Of a DNA stretch of 64,000 bases, positions 38,991 to 49,537 are shown one piece after another (within the stretch, counting starts at the first letter, position 1; every line of letters starts with the position of its first letter). The position numbers and the translations under genes are program-made. The notes under the pieces are model-generated. The model was not told the origin of the DNA, did not search any database, and saw nothing but the letters and a program-made list of their open reading frames with translations. Source of the DNA: Acutalibacteraceae bacterium (GTDB lineage: Bacteria > Bacillota > Clostridia > Oscillospirales > Acutalibacteraceae); contig JAZQLF010000027.1 in assembly GCA_045542535.1 (NCBI GenBank), positions 14,793 through 78,792 on the forward strand, read 5' to 3'.

Positions 38991-39848
38991 TTAAATCGTA
39001 TCAAGGAATGTTTTTTCTACTTTTGCAAAAACACGAACAGCTAAACCAACAACTATAATTGTAATAATCCAGCTAATGCCATAATAAAGCCAATCTATTT
39101 CTCCTATACCCAAAAAAGCATATCTAAAAACATTAATAATAGGTGTTACTGGATTGAGCATGTAAATATTATACAACATGCTTCCGGGCATAAGTTGCGA
39201 ACGGCTGAACATATCGTAAGCCACAGGGGAACAGTAACTCCAGAGACTTATTCCAAAACCCACGACCATCTGTAAATCCCTATATTTAGTAGTTAAAGAC
39301 GATACTATTACACCTATTCCCATTCCGAGTGCTGCAAGCTGAACGAGTAACACCGGCAACATCAAAACATACATGTTGGATGAAACGCCTGAATCTGTTG
39401 CAGTATAATAAACAAGAAAACACAACATAAAAATAAACTGAATTGTAAAGTTTATAAACTGTGAAATTGCAGTTGAAATTGGCATTACCAACCTTGGGAA
39501 ATAAACTTTTGAAAAAATATGCTTGTTGGTAATGAAAGTATTCGCATTCTGATTAAGACTTCCTGAGAAAACACTCCAAGCAATATTACCGCACAAATAA
39601 AATATAAAATTAGGAACGCCCTCAGCACCTAAACCTGCAATATTACCAAAAAAAACAGAGTACACCACAGTAGTAAAAAATGGCTGAATAATAGCCCACG
39701 CCGGCCCTAATATAGTCTGCTTATATTTCGAAACAAAATTTCTTCTAACCCAAAGAAAAATCAAATCCTTGCTTTTGATAATTTCCTTTATATCAACTTT
39801 GGTTTTACTGCCACTGTCTACAATAACAGTCCAGTTTTGTTCAGACAT
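38991..39848 (-). CDS. ABC-2-type glycan-export permease (Wzm/TagG-like)
   Basis: 6-TM protein whose N-terminus FVSKYKQTILGPAWAIIQP is typical of ABC-2 permeases. Confidence 0.85.
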   Translation of the reverse strand: MSEQNWTVIVDSGSKTKVDIKEIIKSKDLIFLWVRRNFVSKYKQTILGPAWAIIQPFFTTVVYSVFFGNIAGLGAEGVPNFIFYLCGNIAWSVFSGSLNQNANTFITNKHIFSKVYFPRLVMPISTAISQFINFTIQFIFMLCFLVYYTATDSGVSSNMYVLMLPVLLVQLAALGMGIGVIVSSLTTKYRDLQMVVGFGISLWSYCSPVAYDMFSRSQLMPGSMLYNIYMLNPVTPIINVFRYAFLGIGEIDWLYYGISWIITIIVVGLAVRVFAKVEKTFLDTI

Positions 39849-39862
39849 GATTAAACCACCTT

Positions 39863-41086
39863 TTACAAAGACTCAATAACATTTAGCCATTGATTTACAA
39901 TATTCTCAACAGAAAGTTCTTCCCTGACTTTATAAGCGTTTTTACCGCATCTTTCTGCCAGACCTTCTTCTGATGCCATTCTGCACATAGCCTTATATAA
40001 AGCATCCACATCTTTTACAGGAACAAGCAGACCATTTTCACCGTCAGTTATCATTTCTCTTGCTCCGCCACCCAAACAATCGGTACAAATACAAGGGAGC
40101 CCCATTGCCATTGCTTCAATCATTGAGTTTGAAAGGCCTTCGGAGTCGGATGAGGAAACGAACATTCCGTAATCCTCTATTTGTTGGTGAATATTTGTAA
40201 CAGCTTCAAAAATTTCAACTTTTTCACTAATACCCAAATCGTTAATATGCTTAATAACTTCAGCTTTGTAATTCTCCGCGATTCGAGTAGATGTCGCTCC
40301 ATATATGTGAAGTACATAGTCAGGAAAATCAACCGAAAACCGACTAAATGCATCTACTAATAAAATCAAGTTTTTAACCGGATGAGTACGACAAAAATTA
40401 ACAATTGTATGTTGTCTTTCACCGGAGAAAAATGGTGACAATTGTGTAGTTAGGGGGTTTTTTATAACTTTACTATTACGTTTCACACATTTTCCGTAGT
40501 ACTCTTTTTGTTTAGTCGTTTGGAAAACACAATAATCACCTTTTTTCAAAAGCTTTAATAGCACCTTATTATAAAGACGCATGTTCTCTTTATTATCCTT
40601 GAAGTCAGGTGAACTCGCATCTGTAAAAATAATTTTGCAATTCAAGCCTTGTATAGCATAATATATTTTCTCATAGATACCAATACCAAAACAGATAAAT
40701 ATTGCCTCTCGTTTACATAAAGCGAAAGCCCTCAGAAAAGCTATCCCCTCAAGATTATTTTTTTGCCTTTTCACCTTTAAATCATCATACCCACACAATT
40801 TTGCAAGTCTGTGCAAAATATGCAAATATTTAAATTTTTTGTCTCGCCATACAGTCGCCTGTTTTTTCTCTTTTAGCGCAACAGAATCCCTTGCAAAATC
40901 CGCCATACAGATAAGTTCAACCCCATCTGCTAATTCATACACCACATCAGAATATATTTTTTCCAACACTAAATATGTAACATCGTAACCTTTCTCCGCA
41001 AAGCTATTGGCAAGTACCGTCGCCCGTCTTTCTGTTCCTCCATTGACAAAATTTTTAGTAACAATAACAATATGTTTTTTTTGCAT
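39863..41086 (-). CDS. Glycosyltransferase family 4 (paralogue group A)
   Basis: NGGTERR N-terminus. C-terminus FVSSSDSEGLSNSMIEAMAMGLPCICTDCLGGGAREMITDGENGLLVP. Confidence 0.85.
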   Translation of the reverse strand: MQKKHIVIVTKNFVNGGTERRATVLANSFAEKGYDVTYLVLEKIYSDVVYELADGVELICMADFARDSVALKEKKQATVWRDKKFKYLHILHRLAKLCGYDDLKVKRQKNNLEGIAFLRAFALCKREAIFICFGIGIYEKIYYAIQGLNCKIIFTDASSPDFKDNKENMRLYNKVLLKLLKKGDYCVFQTTKQKEYYGKCVKRNSKVIKNPLTTQLSPFFSGERQHTIVNFCRTHPVKNLILLVDAFSRFSVDFPDYVLHIYGATSTRIAENYKAEVIKHINDLGISEKVEIFEAVTNIHQQIEDYGMFVSSSDSEGLSNSMIEAMAMGLPCICTDCLGGGAREMITDGENGLLVPVKDVDALYKAMCRMASEEGLAERCGKNAYKVREELSVENIVNQWLNVIESL

Positions 41087-41106
41087 GCAAACGCAATCTC
41101 CTTATT

Positions 41107-42081
41107 TCAGCGCAATATGCGTTTCTTTTTTGGTAGCTCTATATACTCACCAAATGTATAGTTCCATTCAGATGGATTAAGGTTAGCAAATCCACCCGTT
41201 GGGAAAAATGTTATCTCACCAAAATATATATTGCCCTGAATGTTATATAAATCAACCCTGGAATATGGCAGTGATTGAGATAATTGCCCCGCTATATCTT
41301 TCATTTCTTTGAAATTCTTCGGAATCTGAACAGAACTATTTGCCGGCAAGTTCGGATACACCTCATGTATTATAGGCAAATGATTATAACCCATATCAAA
41401 ATAATCCAAATATTTTTCACCATTTTCAGCAGAAAGAACATATAATATTTGGGGAGAACCATTAAAACAATGAAACTTATAATCCGTAAGGGTATCATTA
41501 ACACCGTCACTCATATACTTTTCACATATTATCTTTCTTTTTATATGCTTATACGGCCATTCTCTGCTAGCTTTATAAAAGTTTATTTCTAACCTTCTTT
41601 TAAGAAAAGTTTTAACATCATCGATATCGTTTAGTGATCTTTTTTTGCACATAAAATCATTGTTTTTTTTGTCCCGACAAATAACAACCTCCGAATCATG
41701 GTTGCATTTCAGAACAAACGCATTTGGAAGGGCATCAAAATCAATTTCTTCTACCTTATCGTACACCCCAAGAAGAGGAACCAGATATTCTTCACCAATT
41801 TTTCCTTTGATATATTCACGAACACGATATTTATCTACCATCATGGTATATTCAGGTTTTCTATTATAAAGCTTTAACCAATTTAATTTCTCATTAAAGG
41901 TCACAGGATTTTTCAAATTTAGTTCTTGTCCGGTACGCTTTTTATACAATTTCTTTAAATAAATCTTATCTGGTAGCAGAGAAGTATAGGAACCCTCTAC
42001 TGTAAAATAAGCTTTATAAAAACCTTTTATATTCTTTAAAATACGTTTTTTAAATTCATATAATTTCTCAATTAGCATCAT
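41107..42081 (-). CDS. TupA-like ATP-grasp amidoligase-family protein
   Basis: NLKNPVTFNEKLNWLKLYNRKPEYTMMVDKYRVREYI, with C-terminal DLY...IYFGEITFFP. Confidence 0.7.
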   Translation of the reverse strand: MMLIEKLYEFKKRILKNIKGFYKAYFTVEGSYTSLLPDKIYLKKLYKKRTGQELNLKNPVTFNEKLNWLKLYNRKPEYTMMVDKYRVREYIKGKIGEEYLVPLLGVYDKVEEIDFDALPNAFVLKCNHDSEVVICRDKKNNDFMCKKRSLNDIDDVKTFLKRRLEINFYKASREWPYKHIKRKIICEKYMSDGVNDTLTDYKFHCFNGSPQILYVLSAENGEKYLDYFDMGYNHLPIIHEVYPNLPANSSVQIPKNFKEMKDIAGQLSQSLPYSRVDLYNIQGNIYFGEITFFPTGGFANLNPSEWNYTFGEYIELPKKKRILR

Positions 42082-42131
42082 TTCAATACTCCTTGAATAC
42101 CAAATTATTCTTCACCCAACAAACAAGATGA

Positions 42132-43349
42132 TTAGATTCTTTCTATAAAATCCAACCATTTTTCGGCTATTGTTGTTACAGAAAGATCTTCTCTTTTCTT
42201 CTCGGCATTTATTGAGCATCTTTCTGCCAATTCATGATCTTCAATAAATCTTTTCATAGCACGATACAAACTTTCAGAATCATTCATTGGTACAAGCAAG
42301 CCATTTTTGCCATCAGTTAACATTTCTCTTGCACCGCCGCCTAAACAATCGGTACAAACGCAAGGCATACCCATAGCCATAGCTTCTATCATTGAATTTG
42401 AAAGCCCTTCAAAATCAGAAGAAGAAACAAACATTGCACAATCGTTAACAAGCTTATGAACATCTTTTGATGGTGGCAAAAGTTTTATATAACTTTCTGC
42501 ATTTATTGTTTTGAGCAAATTCTTATATTCTTCTAAAAGCTCTTCCTCATGCTTTTCAACTGTATTTCCGTAAATTTCTAAAACATATTGAGGATAATGT
42601 TCGTGAAGTTTTTTCATTGCCTCAAACAAAAGAGGAAGATTTTTCTGCTTTGAAATGCGGCAAAAGTTTACTATTACTTCTCTTCTCTCTCCCTTAAACC
42701 TTTCGGGTAAATCTGCTTTTACAGGGTTATTTATAACCGCGGCATTTTTCAATTTATCCCCATAAAACTCCAATTCGTTTTCGGTTTGCAAAACAACTCC
42801 ATCAGCTTTCTCAACAAGCTCAATCAATCTTTTTCTTTCACTTGCATCTTTTGGAAATTCAACTTCCGATGCATTTCTTTCTGCATATATAATTTTAGAA
42901 CCAAAAGGCTTGATTGCAGAAAATGTTTTTTCAAAGCAAGCAATTCCAAACGGTACATAAATACTTTCCTGATTTTTTAATGCAAAAGCACTTAATTCTT
43001 GGCTCCTGCGTATACTTTTGATTTTTTCAGCCAAGGTTGAATCAAAATTTTTAAAAAAACGAGTTGCATATCTAACCAATTTTATAATTCGAATTTTTAA
43101 TTGCTGCTTTTTTTGATAATTAATGACTTTTTTATCACATTTATGCTCTTTGGTATACTCGGAAAGCGAAACAATCTGAACATTCTCGTGCTGCTTAAAA
43201 TAAACGTCATCAGAAATTGAACCCGTAATAAGAATAGTTGAGCTATATCCCTTTTCAGCAAAGGCGTTAGCAAGATTTGTTGAACGCATGGCAACACCGC
43301 CATTTTTATAATTACCTATAACAAAAACGATGTGTCTCATGCGTTTCAC
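42132..43349 (-). CDS. Glycosyltransferase family 4 (paralogue group A)
   Basis: FVSSSDFEGLSNSMIEAMAMGMPCVCTDCLGGGAREMLTDGKNGLLVP. Confidence 0.85.
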   Translation of the reverse strand: MKRMRHIVFVIGNYKNGGVAMRSTNLANAFAEKGYSSTILITGSISDDVYFKQHENVQIVSLSEYTKEHKCDKKVINYQKKQQLKIRIIKLVRYATRFFKNFDSTLAEKIKSIRRSQELSAFALKNQESIYVPFGIACFEKTFSAIKPFGSKIIYAERNASEVEFPKDASERKRLIELVEKADGVVLQTENELEFYGDKLKNAAVINNPVKADLPERFKGERREVIVNFCRISKQKNLPLLFEAMKKLHEHYPQYVLEIYGNTVEKHEEELLEEYKNLLKTINAESYIKLLPPSKDVHKLVNDCAMFVSSSDFEGLSNSMIEAMAMGMPCVCTDCLGGGAREMLTDGKNGLLVPMNDSESLYRAMKRFIEDHELAERCSINAEKKREDLSVTTIAEKWLDFIERI

Positions 43350-43404
43350 CTCTACTTCTTTTTATATCAAAGACCTGATTTTTTTACTCCGATTATATTT
43401 TTGC

Positions 43405-43653
43405 TCAATTTTCGTCCGCAAATTTTCTTATGCCTTTTTCAACCTTTGACTGAGCCAAATAAAGCTCGTCAGCAGAAAGGCGGAACGGAATCTGAAAATC
43501 TTTAAAACTCCCGTTACCGCTTCGCACGTTGACGCAAAAATTATAATGCTCTCCGCCGTCACGGGTGTCAAAGCAGGAATCGGGTATAGAATAAAGATAT
43601 TTTCTGCCCTTATATTCATAAGAGAAAATCTCCATATCATCTCTTTGTTTCAT
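43405..43653 (-). CDS. Small hypothetical protein
   Basis: 82-aa ORF (possibly 76 aa from MEIF) with no family recognised. It is flanked by 55- and 66-nt gaps inside the operon. Confidence 0.45.
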   Translation of the reverse strand: MKQRDDMEIFSYEYKGRKYLYSIPDSCFDTRDGGEHYNFCVNVRSGNGSFKDFQIPFRLSADELYLAQSKVEKGIRKFADEN

Positions 43654-43719
43654 TAGTCTTTACCTCTAATTTTATTTTCAATACACTTTCAATTTAATTT
43701 TACAATATAGAAAAATCCC

Positions 43720-44979
43720 CTATTTTTTGTTATAAAATAAACTTAAAGTATTTATAATAGGTTTGTTTCTCTTTATCAATTTATTAAGTTCATCGATTTG
43801 TGCTTTATTGACTATCGTAGGCATATCAACATTAGTTTTTTCTCTTGACATAAATACATTATCTTGATTAATATTTTCAACCAGACCACATTTCCTTAAG
43901 AAGCCTTCAAAAGCATCAAATTTTTGGGGGAAATTTTCATTAAATTTACTGTAGTCTGTTTCTAAATACCAATCATATAAACCCTTCTTTTTTAAGTCTT
44001 TGGAAGGTTTAATGTGCGGTATGTCAAAGAATTCTGTCATCTCTCTTGTTCGGGCATCCATAGTATAACACAATGATGGTACACCTGATAGAACCGGCAT
44101 AATAGTTCCATGAATTCGGCTACCGAAAGAAAAAGCCACCTTGTTTTGAACATAATAACTCATCCATTGCTGTGTATCTGCAAACAACTTTATCCTATTA
44201 TCTGCAAGCGCTTGAACAAAATCACAATCGCCACGCTTTACATATTTTAAAACTCGCCTTAATGCAAAAGGATTATTCTTAATAAATTCAGGGTCATAAA
44301 GGAATTTACCATACTTATCCTGACAAATAAAATGAGATGTTTTTATATTTTTATGGCTTACCGGGAGTTTAAATGTTCCGTTTATAGTTGCTGTAAAATC
44401 CTTCTGTGACACTTTATCGTTTGATATTAACAAATTTCTCCCCATTTGATAAAGCGAGGGGCAACCTGTAACAACTGCCTCCTTGAATCCTAAACGATGA
44501 AAAAACTCTTCAGTAAAATATCCTCTCAGAGCAAACTGCCCACCGGTATTATAAACTGACTTTATAAATCTTGTAGCGGGTTCTTTTAATGTTACAACAA
44601 GGTCATCAATTTCATCATATGAATTTGCTTGAATACCACAAGCAATAACATAAACAGGAATCTTTAATTTTTCTATATAAGTTACTCTTTTTTCAAGATA
44701 TTGTATCCAACCTTTGTGAAAGCAATTTGCTAATGGTAACAAAACACAATCAAAATTACTATTTATGTAGTCCGCTGTCAAATCCTCATATCCATATTCA
44801 TATGTATTTTCGGGAACACTTATCGCGGATATTATGCCTTGTAACCAAACCTTGTTACCAAAATTCGGAATTTTACCATCCAACTCTTTTCGAGCTCTTT
44901 CTGCAAGAGTGCTGTAATCAGTTGGCCTGAAATCGCTCATACCTAATTTGTTTGGCGGATAAAAAATCAAAATTCTCAT
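43720..44979 (-). CDS. Polysaccharide pyruvyl transferase-family protein
   Basis: NFGNKVW near the N-terminus and a late GSRIHG motif, resembling the CsaB/WcaK-type pattern. Confidence 0.55.
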   Translation of the reverse strand: MRILIFYPPNKLGMSDFRPTDYSTLAERARKELDGKIPNFGNKVWLQGIISAISVPENTYEYGYEDLTADYINSNFDCVLLPLANCFHKGWIQYLEKRVTYIEKLKIPVYVIACGIQANSYDEIDDLVVTLKEPATRFIKSVYNTGGQFALRGYFTEEFFHRLGFKEAVVTGCPSLYQMGRNLLISNDKVSQKDFTATINGTFKLPVSHKNIKTSHFICQDKYGKFLYDPEFIKNNPFALRRVLKYVKRGDCDFVQALADNRIKLFADTQQWMSYYVQNKVAFSFGSRIHGTIMPVLSGVPSLCYTMDARTREMTEFFDIPHIKPSKDLKKKGLYDWYLETDYSKFNENFPQKFDAFEGFLRKCGLVENINQDNVFMSREKTNVDMPTIVNKAQIDELNKLIKRNKPIINTLSLFYNKK

Positions 44980-46094
44980 TTTGTTCTCCTAAATACAAGC
45001 TTATATACTCTCCCCACAACCGCACTTTCAGTGAGGAAATGCATAATTTCGCCTTTCGTTTGTTTTTTCTTTTCCAATTGTTTTCTGTATCGAGGGATAT
45101 AATCCACTATTTTCTCTGCATCTTTCTTTAAGATTAATTCGTAATATTTTTTATATACGGCACTGAGCTTTTCCAAAGGAATCTGACCATAAAATCTTTC
45201 ACATAACGGATGGTTAACAATTTCCTTTACAAGTTCAATCTTTTTTTCTCTGCTATTGGGGCAAAGAAGCTTGAATTCATTATCAATACACTCTGTTACA
45301 AAGAAAAAGTTTCTTAAATGCATCTGAGGCATTAAATCAAGCTCTTTGAATTCTTCCGTATCCTTATAAAGTCTTTCTATAAGAGGGACATATAAGGGCC
45401 ACATATTTTTAGTGTAACCCCTCGACAAAGAATCTCCAACAACTCTGTTATGGTAGAGATAATCGTCACCAAGGTAATAAAAATTTTCTGCCACAAGCAT
45501 GGCTTCATAGGTTAACTGCAAATCCTGGCTTCTTCTGAAGCGGCGGTCAAATCTTATATTGTTTTTTTTGAGAGTTTCTGTTTTATAAATTCTCAGGCAA
45601 TTAGACCATCTAATCGCTCTTTTTCCTCCATTTTTGTCGATATAAGCGAGGGTTCGGGGAAGGATTTCTTTTTTTATTTTTTCTCTGTCATATGGTCCGC
45701 TTTCCATTTCGGGAGTAAAACGATGACCGTTTTCATTTTCAATGCAGTTGCAAAAAGCTACATCGGAATTGTTGCTTTTTGCGGCTTCATACATTTTTTC
45801 ATACATATTAAGCTCAAGCCAATCGTCTGAATCCACAAAGCCTATATATTCACCTGTTGCTCTCACCATTCCGTCATCACGTGCAGCGGCAAGACCTTCA
45901 TTTTCTTTATAGTAATATGAAACTCTTTCGTCAGTGAGATATTTTTTGCAAATCTCTGCGCTGCCATCTGTTGAGCCATCGTCAATGAGAATTATTTCAA
46001 TATCTTTAATGGTTTGGTTAACAATGCTATCAAGGCATTGCGGGAGATATCTCTCCGCATTATATATTGGAACAATAACGCTTACCTTAACCAT
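44976..46094 (-). CDS. Glycosyltransferase family 2
   Basis: VSVIVPIYNAERYL...DDGSTD...DSDD. Confidence 0.85.
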   Translation of the reverse strand: MVKVSVIVPIYNAERYLPQCLDSIVNQTIKDIEIILIDDGSTDGSAEICKKYLTDERVSYYYKENEGLAAARDDGMVRATGEYIGFVDSDDWLELNMYEKMYEAAKSNNSDVAFCNCIENENGHRFTPEMESGPYDREKIKKEILPRTLAYIDKNGGKRAIRWSNCLRIYKTETLKKNNIRFDRRFRRSQDLQLTYEAMLVAENFYYLGDDYLYHNRVVGDSLSRGYTKNMWPLYVPLIERLYKDTEEFKELDLMPQMHLRNFFFVTECIDNEFKLLCPNSREKKIELVKEIVNHPLCERFYGQIPLEKLSAVYKKYYELILKKDAEKIVDYIPRYRKQLEKKKQTKGEIMHFLTESAVVGRVYKLVFRRTK

Positions 46095-47295
46095 TGATAA
46101 TCTCCATCCATTTTTCGATGATTTTTTCTAAAGACTGATTTTCTCTTACTGCTACAGCATTTCGAGAAAGCTTTTCTGCCAAAGCCTCGTCTTCTGTAAT
46201 TCTTTTCATTGCGAGATATAATTTTTCTGAATCCCCAACAGGAACGAGAAGACCATTTTCCCCGCCTTTAATAACCGCTCTCGCACCGCCTGCAGGACAA
46301 TCCGTACAAACACAGGGTAAACCCAATGCCATTGCTTCAAGCATTGAATTAGACATCCCTTCAAAATCTGAAGAGGACACAAACATTTTGTAATCCTTGA
46401 TTTCTTCGTGAATATCTCTGCGAGAAGGTAAAAGAAAAATTTTGTCTTTACAAGGCGTTTTTTCTATTCTTTCTTTAACCAAATCTATATACCCTTGGGC
46501 ATCGTTCCCCACAGGGTCGCCAATAATATATAATTCATATTCCGGAAAATCCGTATAAAACTTTTCAAATGCCTCCACAAGCAAAACGAGATTTTTTTGT
46601 GCTGAAATGCGGCAGAAGTTGACAATTTTCTTTTGCCTTTCTCCATGATAACTTTCGGGCAAATCTGCTTTTATGGGGTTAAAAATTACAGTACCTTTAA
46701 CAGATGTATTTTCTTTATACCATTTCTGCGCATCAGGAGACTGAAAAACAAAAGCATCCGCTTTTTGAAATTCGTTTTTCAAAAATGCCATTGTGGTTTT
46801 GCTGTTGGCAGATTGCCTTGGGTCGCCACGTTCTGAAACAATTAACTTATTTTTCTTGCCCTTGGAAAGTAAAGAAAGAAAAATCGAATCATAAAGAAAT
46901 GCTACTGCAGAAGAGGTTTTATGTTCTTTAAAATATTTTTTTAAATAGCAAACCTCTTTGAAATTACGAGAAAGATATTTTAGAACAGAAGATTTATATT
47001 TTGCTTTTTCTCCAAAAATGAAGCTCAACTTACCAATAAATCTTGCAACAAACATTATTACTTTCGGGCAAATTTTATTTGATTTTAAGTTTTTGGTTTC
47101 ATCTGGTAAAGAAATCACTTCAATATCAGGGTTTATATCGTTTAACAAGGCATCTTTTTCGCTTTGGTGAGTGAGAATAAGGGTGGTTTTAAAGCCTTTT
47201 TCGGCAACGGCTTTGCTGAGCAGCGAAACAACTCTTTCTGCTCCCCCGCCGTTCATAACCTTTATTAAAAAAACAATTTCCTTTTGTTTTTTCAT
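46087..47295 (-). CDS. Glycosyltransferase family 4 (paralogue group A)
   Basis: NGGGAERV, then FVSSSDFEGMSNSMLEAMALGLPCVCTDCPAGGARAVIKGGENGLLVP. Confidence 0.85.
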   Translation of the reverse strand: MKKQKEIVFLIKVMNGGGAERVVSLLSKAVAEKGFKTTLILTHQSEKDALLNDINPDIEVISLPDETKNLKSNKICPKVIMFVARFIGKLSFIFGEKAKYKSSVLKYLSRNFKEVCYLKKYFKEHKTSSAVAFLYDSIFLSLLSKGKKNKLIVSERGDPRQSANSKTTMAFLKNEFQKADAFVFQSPDAQKWYKENTSVKGTVIFNPIKADLPESYHGERQKKIVNFCRISAQKNLVLLVEAFEKFYTDFPEYELYIIGDPVGNDAQGYIDLVKERIEKTPCKDKIFLLPSRRDIHEEIKDYKMFVSSSDFEGMSNSMLEAMALGLPCVCTDCPAGGARAVIKGGENGLLVPVGDSEKLYLAMKRITEDEALAEKLSRNAVAVRENQSLEKIIEKWMEIING

Positions 47296-48344
47296 AACCC
47301 TTTAATTCTCGCTTTTATTTTCTTGTATTTTTTATAAATTGATTTTTTGAGGAAATGCAATCTCAAAAAGCCGTATTTTTTTTCTTTAATTTTTTTATAT
47401 AGTAAAACCGAATTTGGATTACTATCTTCTATTTCATTAATTGAAAAATCATCAGGCAAAAATGAATCCCAATCATAATCCACAACTGCTTTTCTCTCGG
47501 CATTATTTTTTGCATTCTCATAGAAATTTGAGAATGTATAAATAGTTTTATCCATCCAACATTTTTTTAATTTTCCCCTATAAGTTTTATCATCCATATT
47601 CCATCTTGGAAGATACCCTAAAAAATGTTTATAAACATGAATCATATTTTGTTTATTTATTTTTTCAACTGAAAAATTTTTTGAAATACTGCTTAGATTC
47701 GTTCTGTAATTATAAAGCACTTTATTGACACAAACTATACTATTAGATTCAGTAAAAATATTTATTGACCTAAATCTATCTTCTCCCATATCCTTACCAT
47801 AGTATTGTGAATAATCCGTAGGATCTTTTTTCAAAATTTCGGTTTTTATGGCTTTTATCCACAAAGCTGTAAAAACTGGTGAACAAATTAATTGCTCATA
47901 GAAAAATCTCTTCTCTTCTTTAGTAAAAACTTTATCAGGAACATCTACTTTTCTTTTTGTAATTTTTCCGTCATCATAATATTGAAAAGAATATATTACC
48001 ATATCAGGATTATTGTTCTTTTCAATTTCTTCATTTACAACCTGCAACAGATTATTTTCTGCAAAATCGTCAGAGTCAACAAACAAACAATACTTACCTT
48101 TAGCCTTTTCTATTCCAGTATCTCTCGCAGAAATAAGGCCTTGATTTGCCTTATGAACAACCTTGATTTTTTCAGGAAACTTTGATGCATATTTGTCACA
48201 AATTTTTCCTGAGTTATCCGTTGAACCGTCATCCACAAGAATTATTTCATAATCGCCCTCATAGGTTTGGAAAAGCAATGAATCAACACATTGTTCGAGA
48301 TATTTTTCAACATTATATACCGGAACAAGTATGCTGAACTTCAT
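47292..48344 (-). CDS. Glycosyltransferase family 2
   Basis: MKFSILVPVYNVEKYL...DDGSTD...DSDD. I chose the ATG at 48344 after GGAG. The track start at 48374 would overlap the upstream gene by 25 nt. Confidence 0.8.
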   Translation of the reverse strand: MKFSILVPVYNVEKYLEQCVDSLLFQTYEGDYEIILVDDGSTDNSGKICDKYASKFPEKIKVVHKANQGLISARDTGIEKAKGKYCLFVDSDDFAENNLLQVVNEEIEKNNNPDMVIYSFQYYDDGKITKRKVDVPDKVFTKEEKRFFYEQLICSPVFTALWIKAIKTEILKKDPTDYSQYYGKDMGEDRFRSINIFTESNSIVCVNKVLYNYRTNLSSISKNFSVEKINKQNMIHVYKHFLGYLPRWNMDDKTYRGKLKKCWMDKTIYTFSNFYENAKNNAERKAVVDYDWDSFLPDDFSINEIEDSNPNSVLLYKKIKEKKYGFLRLHFLKKSIYKKYKKIKARIKGL

Positions 48345-48349
48345 TTCTT

Positions 48350-49537
48350 TCACTCCTCTAAAAGATTTTGCCATTGGGTTTTATATATTTCTAATTCTTC
48401 GGAATAATCAATATTTTTCAGATTTTGCTCAATACTACTTCGAAGCTTCGGGTTGTTTAAAATAGTCTCTATGCTCTGTGCTATCCCTTCTGAAGAAATC
48501 GAACACACAAGTCCATTTATATTAGGCTCAACAAGTTTTTTTCCCCCAAGTGTTGCAGTAGTTATAACAGGCTTATAAAGTTTATGGGCCTCAACAATAG
48601 TATTTCCCAAAGACTCTGCATAAGAAGGCTGAACATACACATCGCAAGCATTCATATAAGGGTATGGATTTTTCTGCATACCGGTTATTATAATCTCTTC
48701 TTGCAGATTATATTTTTCTATAAGCTTATCAATATTTTCTCTCTCGGGTCCGTCACCAACAAAATACCAAAGAAAAGAAATGTCTTTTCCTTTTAAAATT
48801 TTTGCCGCTTCAACCGCCAAATCAAAACCCTTAACCTTGGCGAGCCTACCACAAGAACACAAAACAAGTTTTTCTTTAGGTTTTTCAACAATATACTCTT
48901 TGCTTTGCGCTGTTATAAAATCTTTATCTGTATAATTCTCAATGATATAAATCCTATTCTTAATGCTAGGATACCATGTTCCTATTAATTCTTTTTGATT
49001 GTTATGAAGTGCCAATACCTTATCAAAATTATCAATTATAGGTACATGAATATTATGGAAATCATCTGTACTACTACGGAAAAAGAAATACTTTTTATTG
49101 GCATTTATACATTCACTAGTAAATAAAACTGTATATCCTTCTAAGTATGATATAGCTATATCATACTTTTCGGAACTGAAAAAGCGTTTTCTTTCATATT
49201 CCATTGACCACTTTACAATAGAATCAGAAAGCTTTTTATTAAATTTTTCTGTCTTCTCCTTTTTGCCCAAAAGCTTGAAAAGCAAAATTAACATCTGCAG
49301 AATAACCGCATAGGGCTTTCTGTAATAATGGTGATTATCATCATTGATTATTACATTAACTCTTTCATCAACCAAAGAAAGCAAATCCGTTCGGTTTTTG
49401 CGAAGATAGAGAGTTACGTCAAATTTTTCGTAATCAATGGCCTTCAAGGCAGAAATTAAAGATTTCTGCACACCGCCGATGGTCAGATGATGGGCTACTA
49501 TGAGTAATTTCTTTTTATTCACATTAACTCCATCCAT
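48350..49537 (-). CDS. Glycosyltransferase (GT-B, GT4/GT1-like)
   Basis: HLTIGGVQKSL N-terminus and C-terminal YVQPSYAESLGNTIVEAHKLYKPVITT. Confidence 0.75.
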   Translation of the reverse strand: MDGVNVNKKKLLIVAHHLTIGGVQKSLISALKAIDYEKFDVTLYLRKNRTDLLSLVDERVNVIINDDNHHYYRKPYAVILQMLILLFKLLGKKEKTEKFNKKLSDSIVKWSMEYERKRFFSSEKYDIAISYLEGYTVLFTSECINANKKYFFFRSSTDDFHNIHVPIIDNFDKVLALHNNQKELIGTWYPSIKNRIYIIENYTDKDFITAQSKEYIVEKPKEKLVLCSCGRLAKVKGFDLAVEAAKILKGKDISFLWYFVGDGPERENIDKLIEKYNLQEEIIITGMQKNPYPYMNACDVYVQPSYAESLGNTIVEAHKLYKPVITTATLGGKKLVEPNINGLVCSISSEGIAQSIETILNNPKLRSSIEQNLKNIDYSEELEIYKTQWQNLLEE

